A program made the position numbers and the translations under genes. Positions 60,447 to 64,000 of a DNA stretch of 64,000 bases are shown here, piece after piece (positions within the stretch are counted from its first letter, which is position 1; each line of letters begins with the position of its first letter). The notes under the pieces were generated by a model. That model searched no databases. It was not told where the DNA came from and saw only the letters and a program-made list of their open reading frames with translations. Source of the stretch: Hyphochytrium catenoides (lineage: Eukaryota; Protista; Hyphochytriomycota); NCBI GenBank assembly GCA_900088475.1, contig FLMG01003917.1, positions 1 to 64,000 on the forward strand. Direction: 5' to 3'.

Positions 60447-60712
60447 AGTATTTATTGGCCATGATGAAGTGGAGCATATTAGACGAGTTGGGGTTCCGGG
60501 GTTTTATCACAACTCAGCGGTCAACCTCATGCTGAAGGGGACCCCATCTTCAAGTTCCATTCCCAAAAAGGGTGACCCGGAGTGGGCCAGAAAGTAAGGG
60601 TAAGGCAAACGATGGATATTGTAGAGAGCCCTGCTAGGGAACGGGGGCGCTGGGCAAGACAGCGAGAACTGAGAGTCTCCAGCTTCATATTGCAATGAAG
60701 TGGGGTTCTTAT

Positions 60713-63700
60713 TTAAAGGGAAGGAGCTAGCGGACTGCTTTCTCCTGCATCTTCAATCTCTACTTTTTGAAGGGTTGTACCCTCAGCTGCCCTGTCCGCT
60801 GATTTTTTACCTTTCGTTCGGGTGGCACTTTGCTTGGAAGCCCGTAACTTCATTGAATGGCGGTCAGGAATGGGCACTAATGACATCAACAACAGCGCAC
60901 ATGTGAGGAGTTAAGAGAGTTTAGCTACTTTTCTCCTTTCCTTATCGTTTCCCATCCTACCTTCATCGTCCTCATCGTCAGAATCTGAATCACGGAGTGG
61001 CATGTCATAGGAGAGCTCAACTCTGACATTGTACTTGCGCTTCTCTTCTTCCGTCCTCTGGACGCGAGGACTAGTCCTGTTATACAGAAAGAAGTAAAAA
61101 GGATGCAAGATGCAAGGAGATTTTGGTGAGAGAAAGGTCTGAAGCCAAACTGAAGGAGTGAAACTCCGCTAGTAGCCAAAAAGTCATAGTGGCATGTTTG
61201 CATACCCTGATGACTCTGATTTTTTGAGCAGAGAGTTACTATTTGCTTTCTGCAACAAGCGCGTGCCTCCATCGGAGGCTGCTGCACTGCTGTTGACCGC
61301 CCCAGACTTTAGCTGGAAGGTAAAGAGTAACGTTAAGTATCTTTGTGGGCTGGGAATATGTACTGTACGATGATAGAGGGAGACGCTTTCTAAAGAGAAC
61401 CGGCCGGGCACCCAACATTCTGCAGAAGCCTTACATCGTCCATTACTGCACCTAGCTTCTCATCAATGGTCGTTAGGTTGGACGCAACGTCTCCACTTCC
61501 CTCAGCTCCGAGCATTTCTAAGAGATGGCTCACTCCCAAACCGATGCTCTGAACCCGGAATAGTGAAGGGGGAAGAGAATGCCAGTGATAGAGAGGATAG
61601 AAGTGTAAGACATTAAGGTCGACAACTAAGGAAACCATGGAGAGCATAATGGAAGGAGCCCGACGGGTTTGAAGTGTGGAGGCGGCTAATTTGAGAGGTG
61701 GCATTTAACAGCAATGGAAGAGAGAGAGAAGACCGGGCAGATAGACCAGGGCACGAAACTAGGCGTGTGGGCCACCTCGATGAGTCTCTCGTAGCGAGTC
61801 AGCTTTTCCCGGTTCTGTTGCATCACTCGTAGTGCTTCGGCCATCTCCTCTTCTACCTTCCTTTCTCCTCCGGTAGTACCGTCAGCCACGACTGTTGCAG
61901 GACTACGTATGTGGCAAAGATCAGTTAAGCATATCTGTCCATCACAGGTGATTCTTGGGAATATATGTCCTAAAAGAGAGAAAAGGAACTGCAGCTCGAA
62001 CAGGAAACAAAATCAAAAAGCGGGAACAAGACCAAGCCAATGGAAGCGAAGTAGAGATAAGAGCTCCTTCCGACAATGAGAAGACAGAAGAGAGTGACTC
62101 ACTCTGGTGCGATGACCGACGCACAGTACTTGGCGTTCTCCAATTCTTTCTCCTCTTGTCGAAGNNNNNNNNNNNNNNNNNNNNNNNNNNNNNNNNNNNN
62201 NNNNNNNNNNNNNNNNNNNNNNNNNNNNNGTCCGGTAAGCCCGCAATAGTTAACCAGGTAATCAACGATCGCCCAAGTCAAAGAAAGAGAAGGAAGTAGT
62301 AGGACAGGAAGGTACTTTAGAGGCGGAAGAGTTGACATCAACGCAAGAGGTATCCATATTTCCTATAGCTCCTAATTAAGACACCCGTCACTCAGCAGAA
62401 GGAGGAGCGGTAGGGAGGAGACAGAAAGAGGTTACGCCAGCCAACCATGGAAGGAAGAATGAACGAGTCTGGAAGCTTGATGAAAAAAGCGCACATGTGA
62501 CAGACGTCAAGCTGATGGTGATTCCCGCCATACCTGAGTGACCCATTGCTTCACAAACTCTTCCGGATCATGAATTCCTGCCCTCCTCAGCTTTCCTAGT
62601 GTCACCAATAATGGGGCACATAGAGCAAGGTGCGAACAGTGTGAAGGAAGGGATAAAAGAAATGAAGAAGAAGTAAGAAAAGAAGAGACAGGTTCTTGAA
62701 ATAGGCGTCTTCTTTTACCGATGTGGCTTTCTGAGACTGGTCCGTTATATTCCTCCAGCTTCTTTTTCACCTTGTCTTTCCTTTCATGAGCGATCCCTTG
62801 GTGCAGCATGATCCCAGCTTTGACGCGCTGTGGGGCAGTGTGAAGTCCCTGTGGGAGGGGAAGTTCATAGCCGGGGATCACGCATTGCATTTCATGGGCT
62901 GCGAGAATTGGGTGGTACGTCACATTGCAAGAGGGAAGAAGAAGGAGAGGCGCTACTAAGGGAAATAGTAACAGAGGACGACATAACCGGACAGGCCCAT
63001 GCAGAGCTCGCAACAAGACATCTCATCAGGTCCAGGGCAGTACCTGTAGCTGGTGTCTGCTCAGTTCATTAGCAACCGAGGCAGAAACACCTTTCGCACT
63101 TAAGCGAGCCCGAAGGTTCCATTCTTGCCTTGAGAGTATCTGGTTCTGCCTCGTCCTCAAGCGGTCGAGCACCTTGAATAAGGGAGAAGTGAAGCGATGA
63201 TAGGGATCACCAAGGGCCGCAGGTTAGAAAAGACGGACAGGGGTAGCTGCTTGATGACCTTCTGTCCTACCTCCTGATGAATTTTCCCTTTTTCCTCAAC
63301 AAGGTCGGAGAGCTTGTTTAACATCTCGTATCCCACTTTCTGCTTGTGTGCGGCCCTTGCCGTTGCTTCGTCTGTCTCTAACAGCTCTTTCTCAAAAGCT
63401 GCTAGCTTGCGCTCGCCCTCTTGCACCAGCTAGGAAGAAGAGAATTATCATGGTAAACTAATAAGAGAGAAACTCAAGGGTTCATGAGGGAAACGTAAAA
63501 GAGAGGCGGAGAGAGGCGAGCAATACTGGCAGACTCTCCACTATCAGCAGCCCTGAAAGGAAGCGCCGGGAGTGTAAACTGAAAAAGGCGGAAAGGACAA
63601 CAATTACCTTTTCGTCCCTAGCTGGATACGTCTCGCAAAGCATGATGATGCTCTGATAGTAGTTTCTCCGTCGCAGCTCGTCTTCGGCTTTGTATTGGGT

Positions 63701-64000
63701 CTCCTCTATCTTCTTTTCCAAACTGTGGCTTTGGCTTTCAACCTGAGAAGCAGAAGGAAGGGTGAATAGACAACCACCGGTACCATTATACTAGGTGAAT
63801 ATGGGGCAGCAGCGAGAAAAGTTAGAAGTAATATAATGCATAGAGGCCCTGTGGTTGACCGATCGACCGTACTCTCCCCCTCACTTTCCGTTTGCTATGT
63901 CCTCCCGCTATATTACGTCTGATGAAGCTGCCCACCTGAGGTCCATTGGCGTTAGACCCTGCTTTCAGCTCCTCAGCTGTTCTCTGGCACTTATGCAGTT
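60713..64000 (-). CDS. Coiled-coil outer dynein arm docking complex subunit, CCDC151/ODAD3 (ODA-DC1-like); 5' end lies outside the window
   Basis: Many coiled-coil exons. The spliced C-terminus KYNVRVELSYDMPLRDSDSDDEDDE|VPIPDRHSMKLRASK resembles the CCDC151 YN.R...acidic...V..R..LK..S tail. Stop at 60713-60715. Confidence 0.6.

Noticed and set aside
1-64000. Prokaryotic operon or defence-island interpretation; rRNA, tRNA or intact transposase genes
   Set aside because: The genes are spliceosomal-intron-rich eukaryotic housekeeping genes. I recognised no RNA gene or transposase/RT motif by eye, though tRNAscan and Infernal were not run.

Overview
This window is intron-rich eukaryotic nuclear DNA with GT-AG introns, microsatellites and short N gaps. 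It is not prokaryotic. The gene content suggests a flagellated protist, possibly a stramenopile (inference). Most ORF-track entries are exon fragments or antisense shadows. Splicing exons by eye gives about 15 genes: a multi-pass membrane protein, a SNF2 remodeler with PHD fingers, a peroxisomal SLC25 carrier, a GPI-anchored cupredoxin-like protein, a secreted GT4 glycosyltransferase, a UMP-CMP kinase fused to a CaMKII hub domain, two tail-to-tail CHAT-STAND-SH2 paralogs, Exo70, ATG4, NELF-A, a PP2A-B56-like fusion protein, a zeta/delta-class tubulin, Nup54, and the 3' part of an outer dynein arm docking (CCDC151-like) gene. The best candidate for an undescribed system is the paralog pair at 27.1-38.2 kb. 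Each copy joins a caspase-like CHAT protease, a STAND/NB-ARC-like NTPase and a STAT-type linker-SH2, resembling an NLR/apoptosome switch with a phosphotyrosine-binding sensor. The nucleoside-monophosphate kinase-CaMKII hub fusion is next. All gene models are manual and all family calls rest on remembered motifs; no database searches were run.
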